DNA of 64,000 nt from Roseibacillus sp. (GCA_051251855.1 JBPOGI010000001.1:896001-960000); one strand, 5' to 3'. Shown: positions 9,499 through 20,400, counted from the stretch's first letter. Notes: generated by a model from the letters alone, not told the origin. Numbers and translations are program-made.

Positions 9499-12400
9499 TT
9501 ACGGATTGTATTCCGATTCGAGGCGGTAGAAGGCTTTGGCTGAAGGGCGACTATTATCCAGTAAGGAGAATTGATTCCCAGAGAGCACAAAGGTGTCGTT
9601 CGAGCCTACGGGGACGGAGGTTTGGTCTGTAGTCGCGTCGTAAGATGCCAGTTCTTCGAAGGAGTTTGGCAGAAGCGTGGTGGAGCGAAGAACGGTGAGC
9701 TTTGCTCCGGCTGGAATGGTTCCGGTGGTCCGACCGAACAGGAGGTTGCTTTGAGAACTGTTAGGAAACGAGAAGGTGACGTTTTGCGTGGAAGTAGCAT
9801 CACTAACTGCGGGGTCTGTGCCGAGGATCAACTCAACCCCGTAATCGGTTCCGTCTTGGTCGAGGTCCGTGGGCCAGATGGAAGGGTAGTCGGCAAGGCC
9901 GGGGTTGGTCCAATTGGGGGCCTCGGTCGCGCCAATGTCGGGGGCACTGGTGCCGTCGTTATCGCCGTCGAGGGGGCGGGAGAAGCCACGTTGGTCAGTG
10001 CTTATGGTGGAGGTCGTCGCGGCGTCGATGACGGGAGAACCTGGAAGGGGAATCATCGTTTGGGTTGGTCCTCCGTTGTCTCCAAGAGGAGAAAGCATGG
10101 CATCTCCTTCGATGAAACTCGTGGTGCCAATAAAGAGAGGATAATCATCGTTGAGAAGATTGTTGTCTTCTCCGGATTCGTTAGCGAAGTTGCCCGCTAC
10201 GATTGAATGAAAGATGGTATCTTCCGCAATCGAAGCCACTGTGGTGATACCGCCACCTGAGCCGTGAAGGTCGCTGGAGAAAGAGTCTCTTCTTTCCCCA
10301 GTATGATTGCCTGAAATCGTCGAAGAAAATATAAAAAATTGCGAGTTGGACACTTGGATGCCCCCTCCGTTTCCTCCAAGTCCCCCGGGAGTAAACATCC
10401 CACTTAATCCTCCGTCGCCGGTTCGGTTGTTAGCGATCGTCGAGGAGGAGATAGTGAAGGAGTCTAGGGGTTGAGCTGAAATTCCTCCACCGCTTCCGCC
10501 TGACCCACCTTGCTGAAAATCATTACCGATGACGTCGCCGCCGAAACCAGTGCGGTTGTTAGCAATGGTGGAGGAGAGGATGGAGAGGGAGCTTCCTTGG
10601 GAGGCGAAGATTCCGCCGCCACTGCCCCCATCGCCCGGGGCCATGCTAGCCGAGCCGCCAGCCCCAGTTTGGTTGGCTGCCACCGTGGACTGAGATAAGG
10701 CGAGGGCGCTACCGGAGGAGAGAAAAATCCCGCCGCCTGAACCGCCTTCTTCGCCGCTGCCGTCAGCGCCCTTTCCAGTTTGGTTGTTCGAGATGGTGGA
10801 GAAGATCAGGTTGAGGGAGCTATCGGTATCAATAAAAATTCCACCGCCATCGGAGCCAGTTGGCGCTTGGCCACCGGTGAGAGTGAGGCCGGCGAGGGTG
10901 ACAGTGGAGTTGGAATCGATACGAAGGACTCGATGCTTGGTGGCCTGCCCATTGGCATCAATGATGAGCCCGTTGGGCAGGGAGGAGGCATCGATGAAGA
11001 GGGCATCGGTGGAGGAGGGAACGACGAGTTCGCCATCGAAAAGGGTGAGGGTCTGGCCATCGAGAGCGGGGTCAAAACAAATCACTCGGCCCTGCCTCTC
11101 CTCGGCATTCCCTGTTTCGATTTCGAAACGCAGGCTGGCTTCGCTGACGACTTTGGTAGGAGTGGGCAATTTGACAGCTCCTATTGTCGGTGGGCCTGTG
11201 AGAGTGAAGCCTCTTTGATCGGTGCGAGTGCTTATGGTGCCGGTGAGGATGGCGGGGGAATTGATCAAGGGATGCATGGTGAGAGTCGGTCCGCCATGAT
11301 CTCCCAAAGGGGTCAGGAGGGGGTCATTGACGAGGGTGATGCCAGTTGTGGGGTCAGTGAGGCCAGAGCCGGAGAAGTCGGAGAGGAGGGTGCTCCCGAA
11401 GGTGCTTGTCGTGCCCGTAGTGAAGGTGCCGATATCTGGCCCAGAAAGGGTGGTAGAATTACTGGCGATGATGGAATTGCGCAGACTTAGGCTCTCGTTT
11501 CCGCCGTTCCCCTCCCGGAAGATTCCGCCCCCTCCTACTGCCGAGTTGTCGACGAGGGTGCAGTTGTTCAGGAACAGGCTGGCATCACCGTTTAGGGCAT
11601 TGTTTTGGATGGCACCGCCCTGAGAGTCGGCGTGATTGCTAGAAAGGGTGCAGGAATCTAGGAAGAGGTTCCCATTCCCATTGAGTAAGCCCCCATTAAA
11701 GATCGCTCCTCCTTGGAAGCTGGTCGAGTTGTTGGAGAAGGTGCACTTTTTGAAAGTCAGGCTGCTCCTTCCACTCGAATTGCTGACACTGGCGATGCCG
11801 CCACCGTCCCCTTGGGAGACATTGTTGGAAATGGTGCAGGTGTCGAGGCTCAGGCTGACAAAACTTCCGTTTCCGGAGCCATCGGCGAAGATCGCTCCGC
11901 CATCAGAGCCCGAGGAATTGGCGGAAAGAGTGCAGCTTTTTAGGCTGAGGGCGAGTTGCGTTCCCGACGTCGGTCCGTCGAGCAGGATCGCGCCGCCCAC
12001 GAATGCGGGATTGCCTCCAGTGAGTGTGAGGTTGTTGAGGGCGACAATCGAGAAAGCTTCGATTTCGCCGATGGAGAGAAGGCGGTCTTCTCGTGAGTTA
12101 TTGGTGGGAGAGGAGCGACTAATTTTGACTTTGCGCGCGGCAAGTTCTTGGGGCAGGAAGACATCAATGGAAGCGGGGTTTGGTTCCACGAAGGGAAAGG
12201 CAGTGAAGCCGAGGATGTTGTCTGGGTTGAGAAGAAGGGAGGTGTGGAGGATGTTGTCGTTGGCATCGAGAAGCTGGACGGTGAGATTCCGTAAGCGGTT
12301 TTGACAGCAGCCATCACCGCGATTGTGAAGGCGAAGGAGGCCCATATTTCGGTCGCTGCCAAAATCAAGGGTGAGTGATGCCATGGCATCGCCGTCGTTG

Positions 12401-12858
12401 GTGTGGGTGAAGTTGCCAAAATTCCCGTCGATGGCGTTTGAGGCAGGAAAACGGGGCGGAACTTGGACAGGATTGTCGATGTTGGAGGACTGGGTGGCGG
12501 TGCTTCCCGTGAGGTCGATTGCCTGTAAACTCGCGCTAACCTCCAAGACGCGGTGGTTGGTGGCACTTCCATTGGCATCGATGACCACGTTTTCGGAGAG
12601 GTTAGAAGCGTCGATGGTAAGCCGATTGTTGATCAGGAGTTGGCCTTCGGTGAGGGCGATACGGTTGTTGGCCCCTCCGGTAAAGACAGTCGGGTCGAAG
12701 GTAATAATCTCGCCAGCGCTGGCGTCGCGGATAGCTTCCCGTAGGGAGAGCAGAGTGCCGGAGGGGGAGTCGAGTTCGTCGCTAGCGGTGGTGACGGTGA
12801 GTGCGGGAAGGGCGCTGGAGAGAGCCGCGGTGGCGAGGCAAGTCGAAAGCTTCTGCAT
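9499..12858 (-). CDS. Secreted CSLREA-type / choice-of-anchor Q repeat adhesin with F-type-lectin/discoidin-like domain
   Basis: Signal peptide; LSLREAI; NxxxxxGGAI/GGG repeats; two 'PLGDxGGPTxT...SP' anchor-Q-like ends; FTHT...NRGDGCCQNRL lectin-like motif; C-terminal KAFYRL. Confidence 0.8.
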   Translation of the reverse strand: MQKLSTCLATAALSSALPALTVTTASDELDSPSGTLLSLREAIRDASAGEIITFDPTVFTGGANNRIALTEGQLLINNRLTIDASNLSENVVIDANGSATNHRVLEVSASLQAIDLTGSTATQSSNIDNPVQVPPRFPASNAIDGNFGNFTHTNDGDAMASLTLDFGSDRNMGLLRLHNRGDGCCQNRLRNLTVQLLDANDNILHTSLLLNPDNILGFTAFPFVEPNPASIDVFLPQELAARKVKISRSSPTNNSREDRLLSIGEIEAFSIVALNNLTLTGGNPAFVGGAILLDGPTSGTQLALSLKSCTLSANSSGSDGGAIFADGSGNGSFVSLSLDTCTISNNVSQGDGGGIASVSNSSGRSSLTFKKCTFSNNSTSFQGGAIFNGGLLNGNGNLFLDSCTLSSNHADSQGGAIQNNALNGDASLFLNNCTLVDNSAVGGGGIFREGNGGNESLSLRNSIIASNSTTLSGPDIGTFTTGTTSTFGSTLLSDFSGSGLTDPTTGITLVNDPLLTPLGDHGGPTLTMHPLINSPAILTGTISTRTDQRGFTLTGPPTIGAVKLPTPTKVVSEASLRFEIETGNAEERQGRVICFDPALDGQTLTLFDGELVVPSSTDALFIDASSLPNGLIIDANGQATKHRVLRIDSNSTVTLAGLTLTGGQAPTGSDGGGIFIDTDSSLNLIFSTISNNQTGKGADGSGEEGGSGGGIFLSSGSALALSQSTVAANQTGAGGSASMAPGDGGSGGGIFASQGSSLSILSSTIANNRTGFGGDVIGNDFQQGGSGGSGGGISAQPLDSFTISSSTIANNRTGDGGLSGMFTPGGLGGNGGGIQVSNSQFFIFSSTISGNHTGERRDSFSSDLHGSGGGITTVASIAEDTIFHSIVAGNFANESGEDNNLLNDDYPLFIGTTSFIEGDAMLSPLGDNGGPTQTMIPLPGSPVIDAATTSTISTDQRGFSRPLDGDNDGTSAPDIGATEAPNWTNPGLADYPSIWPTDLDQDGTDYGVELILGTDPAVSDATSTQNVTFSFPNSSQSNLLFGRTTGTIPAGAKLTVLRSTTLLPNSFEELASYDATTDQTSVPVGSNDTFVLSGNQFSLLDNSRPSAKAFYRLESEYNP

Positions 12859-12913
12859 GATGAATTCCTAGTCAAAAGGGTTGCGACCTGACAAGGAAGA
12901 ACTGCTAGGAATT

Positions 12914-12991
12914 ACTGCTAGGAATTTGCTTTTGGCGTGGGGTGCTTGAAGCCGCCTTTGGACCGGAGCGGATGGGGGAGAAAGGGGGTTG
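12914..12991. repeat. 78-bp direct repeat, copy 2 (with a 13-bp tandem duplication actgctaggaatt at 12901-12926)
   Basis: Identical to 9414-9491, offset by exactly 3500 bp. Confidence 0.95.
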
Positions 12992-13013
12992 CGGGGGAAA
13001 GAGGGGCGGAGGG

Positions 13014-13048
13014 GATGAATTGTGAATGTGGAATTTGGAATGGTGAAT
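13014..13048. repeat. Five tandem heptamers nnnGAAT
   Basis: gatgaat tgtgaat gtggaat ttggaat ggtgaat. Confidence 0.7.
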
Positions 13049-13085
13049 GTCAGAGGCTCTAGAGCCAACAAGTCGTGTTGGTCGC

Positions 13086-14340
13086 TTAAACCCCGCCTTC
13101 GGGTTGGAGTTTGATGGAGGAACCGGCGGGAGTTGTGAATTCGAGCCGGAGATTGGACTTTTTGTCTCGGTGGAAGAGGAATTCGTGGCGGCCTTTTTCT
13201 AGGTTTAATGGGGCGCTGAGGTCTTTGATTTCGCTGCGGTTGAGCCAGAGGCGGAGGCTTTGTTTAAGGTTGAGGGATGAAGGTTTAAGGCTGAAGGTTT
13301 CTCCGTCGCTAAAGTTCAGGAGGACAGGGCCGGGGGTGAGGACTTCGATGGTGGCGCGGGCGTAGATGGTTTTACTTTCGGTTTTTGGGAAGTCGGTGGC
13401 GGGGAGGGTGCCGTTGACTTTGGAGTAGGCGGTTTGCCAGGGGGCGTCTTTTGTGGGGAGTTTGCTGTCGGTTGGTTCGGCGGGGGCGGGGAGGAGTTGC
13501 CACTTGCGGATGACGGGGCTTTCGTCGTTGGCGAAGTCGCCGGGTTGGCCGAGGACGGAGAGGAATTTGGTGAGGTCGAGGAATTCTTGCCGGTTCTCTA
13601 ACAGGTCGGCGAGTCCGGCGGGCATGAGGGAGGGGAGGCCTTCTTCTTTGACGATTTGGTCGGCTTGGAGACGGACTTCTTTTCCGCCTTGGGCGGAGTC
13701 CATGAGGAGGACTTCGTTGTTGCTCTTGGAGCTGATGACGCCCATGCGGACGCTGCCGTCCTTGAGGGTGATGAGGGTGTTCTCGTAGTGCTCGGCGATG
13801 GCGGCGCTGGGCTCGAGGATGGATTGCACCATGTAGTCGGCGGGGGCGGAGGATCCGATGGTGGCGAGGTTGGGGCCGATTTGCGCTCCGGCGGATCCGA
13901 TGGCATGGCAGTTGGTGCAGGCGAGGGCTGGGCGGCGGTAAATGTCTTCGCCGCGATAGGGGTCGCCGAGTTGAAGGACGTCGGCGGCGAGGGCGGCGCG
14001 GTCTTCGGCTTGCAGGGAGGCGGAGAGGGAGGTGCCGGCTGCGGTGGGGACGGTGAAGAGGGCGGCGAGGTCAGAGGGGAGTTGGCCGGAGCGGTGATGG
14101 AAGGCGGCGACGCGGGCTTTGACTTCGGGGTGGAGGGTGAGGCCGGTGAGTCTCTTGGTGAGGACTTCTGCTCCTTGGCCATGGGCGAGAATGGCTTGGA
14201 TGAGGGGGACGGGGTCTTGGTCGCCGGGGTCCTCTGTGAGGAGGGGGAGGGTGGCGTTGATGCCTAGGTTGAGATTGGCGACGATGAGTCCGTTGGTGGC
14301 GGGGTAGCGGGTGGCGAGGTCCTCGGCGGTGGTGAGGTCT
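13086..14340 (-). pseudogene. C-terminal part of a PVC-type heme-binding (CxxCH) protein, probably 5'-truncated
   Basis: CTNCH, IGPNL, SILEPS and SLMPAGL typical of the putative heme-binding domain; no signal peptide; the ORF-track start (TTG 14375) runs through REP-like sequence. Confidence 0.6.
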
Positions 14341-14476
14341 TTCCGCGCTCCTTTCTGCGGGCAAAAATGACTCAAGACTAGGGTGAGGACCCTGTGGAGG
14401 GGGCGAATGATTGGATGACGCCGTTTTTGTGGCGTGGGGCTTTTCGTTGTGGTCGGATTCCGCTTGGCTACTTGGT

Positions 14477-15859
14477 GTGAGACACTTTCACTTTATTGGT
14501 ATTTGCGGGACCGCGATGGGTTCGGTGGCGGCGGCGATGAAACGCGCGGGATTTGAGGTTACGGGTTCGGATACCAATGTCTATCCGCCAATGTCGACCT
14601 TTCTGGAAGGCGAGGGTATTCAGCTTTTTGAGGGGTACAAACGCTCCAATATCCCTGCCGATGCAGAGGTGATCATTGTGGGGAATGCGGTGAGCCGTGG
14701 CAATGAGGAGGCGGAAGAGGTTCTGGATCGCAAGCTTTTGTATCAATCTTTACCGGAGGTGTTGAAGGAACACTTCCTTCGTGGGCGTCGGAATTTGGTG
14801 ATTGCGGGGACGCATGGTAAAACGACGACGAGTTCAATGGTGGCTTGGCTGCTCAAATCGGCGGGACATGATCCTAGCCACATGATTGGTGGGGTACCCA
14901 AGAACTTTGAGCGCGGAGCGGAGTTTACTGATTCGGAGTTCGTGGTGCTGGAAGGTGACGAATACGACACCGCCTTTTTTGACAAGCGCTCTAAGTTTTT
15001 ACACTACCTTCCAGAGGTGGCGGTAATCAACAATATCGAGTTCGATCATGCCGATATTTATGAGGATTTGGATGCAGTGTTGCTCACCTTTTCTCGTCTT
15101 CTTCGGGTGGTGCCAGGGAACGGAATGGCCTATTTGAATGGCGATTGTGAAAATTCATTGACGCTCGTAGAGGCCGCTCCTTGCCCGATTGAGTTGGTAG
15201 GACTGGGTGAGAATTGTGGAGTGCGTATTAGCGATCTGGTTCCGAAAGATGGAGCAACCACTTTCAAAATTAACGGCATTGAGTTCGGGTTGCCGATGAC
15301 GGGCGAGTTTAACGTGCGTAATGCGGCGATGGCGATTTCAGTGGCTCGAAAGGCGGGTTTGAACGACGACGAAATCAGAGAAGGACTCGCCACATTCGCT
15401 GGTATCAAGCGTCGCCAAGAAGTGCGCGGCGTGGAGCGGGGAGTGACAGTGATTGATGACTTTGCCCACCACCCAACTGCGGTTGAACTCGTCATTGAAG
15501 GTCTTCGTGAGGGCTATCCGGGTCGCCGTTTGATTGTGGTGTTGGAGCCACGCTCGAATACGATGCGGCAAGAGGCCCACAAAGGAAATTTGGCGGGAGC
15601 GCTTGCGAATGCAGACTTGGCAGTGGTACCCCCCGTTTTGGAAGCAGGGCAGATCGCGGAAGATGACCTTCTCAATGTGCCGCAACTCGTTAAAGATGCT
15701 AATGCAGCGGGAGGAGATGTGCGGAGTATTGAGTCCGTGGAGGATATCGTGGCTTGGGTGGCTTCCGAAGCAAAGGAAGGTGACCTAGTTGCTGTGCTAA
15801 GCAATGGAGGTTTTGGTGGAATCCATGGAAAGCTCTTGGATGCCTTGCAGGGCTCTTAG
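14477..15859 (+). CDS. mpl: UDP-N-acetylmuramate:L-alanyl-gamma-D-glutamyl-meso-diaminopimelate ligase
   Basis: HFIGICGTAMG, GTHGKTTT, EGDEYDTAFFDKRSKFLHY, DDFAHHPTA, EPRSNT; GTG start at 14477 inferred. Confidence 0.92.
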   Translation: MRHFHFIGICGTAMGSVAAAMKRAGFEVTGSDTNVYPPMSTFLEGEGIQLFEGYKRSNIPADAEVIIVGNAVSRGNEEAEEVLDRKLLYQSLPEVLKEHFLRGRRNLVIAGTHGKTTTSSMVAWLLKSAGHDPSHMIGGVPKNFERGAEFTDSEFVVLEGDEYDTAFFDKRSKFLHYLPEVAVINNIEFDHADIYEDLDAVLLTFSRLLRVVPGNGMAYLNGDCENSLTLVEAAPCPIELVGLGENCGVRISDLVPKDGATTFKINGIEFGLPMTGEFNVRNAAMAISVARKAGLNDDEIREGLATFAGIKRRQEVRGVERGVTVIDDFAHHPTAVELVIEGLREGYPGRRLIVVLEPRSNTMRQEAHKGNLAGALANADLAVVPPVLEAGQIAEDDLLNVPQLVKDANAAGGDVRSIESVEDIVAWVASEAKEGDLVAVLSNGGFGGIHGKLLDALQGS

Positions 15860-15944
15860 GATTTAGAAGCGTCGACTTCAGTCGTCGAATGGCTCTTTTT
15901 AGTAAGACAATCGTGAGAACTTTTGTCCTATCGGCAAGGAGAAT

Positions 15945-16014
15945 GGAGCGCGAATCTTTAGGTCGCCCAACTGGTAGGACGATTGCAGCGGGGCAAGCTA
16001 AAGTCTCGCGTTCC
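15945..16014. repeat. REP-like inverted doublet (GGAGCGCG-headed)
   Basis: ggagcgcgaatctttaggtcgccc (15945-15968) versus gggcaagctaaagtctcgcgttcc (15991-16014), 19/24 complementary by manual count; between convergent genes. Confidence 0.65.
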
Positions 16015-16405
16015 TTTTTATCTCGGCTTTGCGCATGGGCATGGTGTCGATGAGGGCGAAGAACTTTGCGAGATTGAGATTTTCCTCCTGGCGTGCTTTT
16101 TCGCTTCCGTCTTTTCCGATGAGAATGAAAGTTTCCTTTTGGGTTTCGGGCACTTTGTAGAAGTCGCGTAGCTTTTTGCGTTGTTTATCAGTGAGGAGGA
16201 CTTCGTTCGGCAGCTTCGTTTTGCTGGCAGAGAGGTTTAGGATGATTAGGTGGCGTTCGGTAAGCTCGGCCTTATGCTTGCTGAGGTCTTCCAAGGGGGC
16301 GCTGGAGTGAATGAGCAAAATTCTGTTCTTCCATCGGTAGTCTTTGAGCGGGGAGGCAGACAGGGGGAAGAGCAACCCGAGAGTGAGAAGGAGAAGGTTT
16401 TTCAC
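15998..16405 (-). CDS. DUF4174 family secreted protein
   Basis: Signal peptide; YRWKNRILL, LIGKDGSEK, IDTMPMR. Confidence 0.85.
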   Translation of the reverse strand: MKNLLLLTLGLLFPLSASPLKDYRWKNRILLIHSSAPLEDLSKHKAELTERHLIILNLSASKTKLPNEVLLTDKQRKKLRDFYKVPETQKETFILIGKDGSEKARQEENLNLAKFFALIDTMPMRKAEIKRNARL

Positions 16406-16499
16406 CCTTTAAAGTAGGTGTAAAAGAGAGAGTCGCAAACTGTCTTTCATGCGCGAGTATGGCTTGTGTCGGGGATCGAGTCCTGACAGCTTCCGCCCT

Positions 16500-17432
16500 A
16501 TGAGCAACTTTGACGTCGAGCGGTCCAATCTGATCGGGAAACCAGTGGAAGAGGTCTATGCAACGGTGCGGGACTTTAAAACCTGGCCCATGTGGTCCCC
16601 TTGGTTGTGTGCCGAGCCGAATTGTCCGTTGGAGTTTTCTCCGGATGGCAAAGCCTATTCTTGGGATGGTGAAATTGTGGGGGCGGGTGAGATGAAAGTG
16701 GTCGCTGAGCGCGAGAACGAATTTATCGAATACGAGCTGACGATGACGAAGCCTTGGAAGTCGGTTTCGAAAGTGCGCTTCCAATTTGGCCGTGAAGGCG
16801 ATCGGACGCGGGTGACCTGGTTAATGAGTAGCAGTCTTCCTTTCTTCCTTTTTTGGATGAAGGGAATGATGACTTCGGCGATTGGAATGGATTACAAGCG
16901 AGGTTTGGCGATGTTGAAAGATTTCATTCAGAAGGGGTCGGTGCCGTCAGCATTGGAGTTTGAGGGGTCAGGTAAGTTCGAGGGATTCGCCTACGTTGGG
17001 ATTAAGACGAACTGTCCGATCTCTAGTATTGCTGAGAAAATGGAGGCGGATTTGCATCGCCTCAGAAAATGGGTGCAGGACCAGCATATTACTCCAAGTG
17101 GAACGCCGCTTTCAATCTATCACAAGTGGTCGCTCACACAGGGAACCACTACCTACACGATTGCCTTTCCCGTGGACAAGGTTCCCGGTTGGCTGCCTGA
17201 GGACTTTGTCTCGGGTAAGATTCCGACCTGTCAGGTGCAGCGGATTCGGCACACGGGCTCCTACTTGCATCTTGGTAATGCTTGGTCTGCCGGAATGGCT
17301 TCAATTCGTGCGAAAAAGTGGAAGAGCCGCAGAGGGATTCATCCTTTTGAAACTTATGACAATGACCCAAGCGAGGTCGCGGAGGAAGAACTGGTAGCGA
17401 CGGTTCATTTTCCCATGGCAGAAGGGAAATAG
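16500..17432 (+). CDS. SRPBCC + GyrI-like small-molecule-binding protein
   Basis: WSPW SRPBCC N-terminal domain; GyrI-like C-terminal domain (HTGSYLHL, FETYDNDP); ATG 16500 inferred. Confidence 0.8.
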   Translation: MSNFDVERSNLIGKPVEEVYATVRDFKTWPMWSPWLCAEPNCPLEFSPDGKAYSWDGEIVGAGEMKVVAERENEFIEYELTMTKPWKSVSKVRFQFGREGDRTRVTWLMSSSLPFFLFWMKGMMTSAIGMDYKRGLAMLKDFIQKGSVPSALEFEGSGKFEGFAYVGIKTNCPISSIAEKMEADLHRLRKWVQDQHITPSGTPLSIYHKWSLTQGTTTYTIAFPVDKVPGWLPEDFVSGKIPTCQVQRIRHTGSYLHLGNAWSAGMASIRAKKWKSRRGIHPFETYDNDPSEVAEEELVATVHFPMAEGK

Positions 17433-17440
17433 TGGGGGGC

Positions 17441-20400
17441 TTAATAGTCGTAGTCCCACTTGTCGTTCTTGTAGGTGATTGTGACAGACTTGTCGAAACT
17501 AGTGCAGAGTGGGCAGATGCCTACTTCGCCGAAAACACGCCCTTTGCCGGAGAAGTTAAAGTCGTTGCCGACTTTGGCGCCGATGAGAGTGATCTCACCG
17601 CCAACTTCTACCGCACAAAGAGCGCGTCCTGATGCTCCCACAAGCATTTTGCCACCCACGGTGGGGCCTTCGGCAAAGACGAAGACTCCCACACCAGCTT
17701 TCGCGCTGAGACTGAAAAGACACCCGTAATTAATGATGGGGATTTGTGCCTCGCCGTAAGCGTAAATCCCGGTGAAGGGAGGGTCTCCCAAAACGGCTGC
17801 GACTTCTGGATCGACGAGAATGAGAGGGTCCAGGCTGCAGGTGCGGCCAAAGAAGACTCCACCTGCAAGAGCGTAGTCGTCGAATTCGAGCCCAACCTTG
17901 GCGGCCATGTAGTTTTCATCGATTCCAAACATGGCAGCTGCACCTAGGGAGGTGATTTTCATGGCTTCGAAGTTGAGTTCGCCTCCGGTCATTTCGATGG
18001 AACCTCCCATACCACGGAGGGAGAATCCGTCGGTGGTGGAGAAGGTGAATTTGGTTTCGACGTCGAAACGGGGTTCGCCACCGAGGAAGCGGGCGGGGAT
18101 ATCGACCGCTCCCATTTTGACTTCAGCGGCGTAGCCTCCGTCGGCGTCGAAGCTACAGACGTCGCTGCCAAGGGAGTCGAGTTGGTTGATTTCGAGGTAG
18201 CCGGCGATATTGAACTCGTCGGGGAGCTGGAGTTCAATCTCGGCATCGAGCCGGAGGTGACGAAGGGCGTCGCCATTGATGTGAGCATAGCCATCAATTT
18301 TTCCAGCCGCTCCCACGCTGGCAAGCTCGTCGAGCATACCTTGGAGGCCGGAGTCGATGGGGAGAACGTCTTCTACCAACTCGGTGAGCATGCGGTTGAG
18401 CTGGGAGAAGCCGGAGGAGATGGCTTCGTTGAGAGAGTCGTTGAGATCGTAGAGATAGGTGACGAGAGTGAGGCGGATCTTCCCTATAAGACTGGAGGCG
18501 TCGAATTGGTCGCGGAGGGCGATTCGGAAAAGTTCTTTCACCTCCTCTTCACTGTATTCGTCGAAATCCACATTGTTGAGGAACTGTTCGGCAACAAGTT
18601 TGACGCTGTTGAGCATGGTGTAGATCTCGGCGCTGTTTTCATTAAACTTGTCGTCCAGCACGTTGAAGATGGTGAGATCCGTGCGGAGGTCGCCAATGGT
18701 GTTGTGGACGTCCATCAGAGTGTTCTTAATGGCTTCTAAGGAAGGGGCGACTTCGGCGAGAGCGGCATTGAGTTCGTCTTCGACCTCGTTCAAGAGCGCG
18801 CCTGCGGCAGCGTTGAGCACGGCAGAAAGATTGTCCGAGATGTCGGGCGCCAGCTCTTCTAGAAGGGCGATGACGAGGACTTTTGCAATTTCATAGCCAA
18901 GTTCGTCGGGGGTGCCGTCGTTGTTAGAGTCGGTGCGGGCAAAGATACCTTCCGCCAAAGAGTTGCCTGCGGAGGCAACCGCTTCTTCGGGGAAGGTCAA
19001 AGTGGGATTATTGAGGACGACCTCGCCGCTGCTATCGAGTTCAACCTGTCCAATGATGGAGCGAATGCCGGCTTGGAGATGGGCGAGGGAGTCGTCGACG
19101 GAGCGGGCGAGCGATGTCGAGTCGGTGGGAGAACCGACGAGACCGAGAATGCTATCGTAGATGGGGCCGGTGCCACTTTGATTGGCGTAAGTATCAATGG
19201 CGTTTTGAAAGGCCACTGGGTCAGTCCCTGCGGCAGCGAGGGCGTTGTAGAAATCGTCGATGACGGGGTCAACGTTGGAGGCAAACAGTTCGTCAAAGAG
19301 CTCGTCGAGGCGGTCATTGAGAAGGCTTTCGCCGGCGTCGAGTCCACCGATGAGAACGTCGGTGAGTTCGCCGGAGAGGCTTTGGGTGAGGGCTTCTAGA
19401 ACTCCCGTGGATTCATCGAGGGCGTTGAGGGCGAGCGAGGAAAGGTTGATTTCAGGGATTCCTAGGTCGAGAGAGGCTCCGAAATCGAGTTCGGCATTTT
19501 CTGCCGATAGATAGAGGAGCTCGTTCTCGGTGGTGATCACCATCAGGTCATTGGTTTTAGGTGCAATGGACTTGAAGGATCGGCTGGCGGTAGACCATTG
19601 CAGGGCGTAGTCGAAGTTGACGACGTTGAGCCAATCGTGGATGGCGTGGACTTGGTGTTCGGAGTTGGTGGTGTCTCTGTATTCTTGGAGGCTGCCGGTG
19701 GCGGGTCGGCCTCGGTTGTCGATATCGAAAAATTCGGAGGTCTCAGCTCGCTCGTTGTTTTCGAGCCAGCCGGCGGTCAGGTGGATGAGGTCGGTCTCGT
19801 GTCCAGGAGTGTCAGGGGCTTTCGCGCCGGTCTGAAGGTGGACGACGGGGCTTTCGAAAAAGGCGACATCCAGTTGGCCGAAGAAGTTCAGTTGCCCCAC
19901 GTTGGGGTTAAGTGGATCGGTGGGAGGCTCAGCAAGATCGTAGTTGTCGAAGTAGGCGTTGGTGATGGGGGTGAAGTGGTATTGTTCTTCACCAGGGCCA
20001 TTGATATAGGCATTGCTCACTAGGCTGAGCCGCGAGTCCACTGCTTCAGGTCCTGTCCCGTCGTCCGAGTCTTTGAGTGTGGTCAGGTTGCCGTCAGCTT
20101 TGAAACCGAGTTTGCCCGCGAGTTGACTTGAGAAGTTTGAAGCGGAAGCGGTAACGCCGAGGGTCAGGTAGGCTTCGGAGGGGTCGCACTCGCCTCCTGC
20201 GGGAGGTTCGAATTGAGCCGCGCTGGCGACGAAGGGAGCTTGCCAATAGTTGAGGGAACTCTCGAGGGTTCCGCCATCGATTTCGGCGGTGGTGAGCGCT
20301 CCGAGGCAGTTGAGATAAAGGGGGTCGAAGTCCAAGGTGAACTCGGAAGGGTAAGGGACGTCCATGCTGCCGGCGGTGATGGAGTCATGGACTTCGCTGG

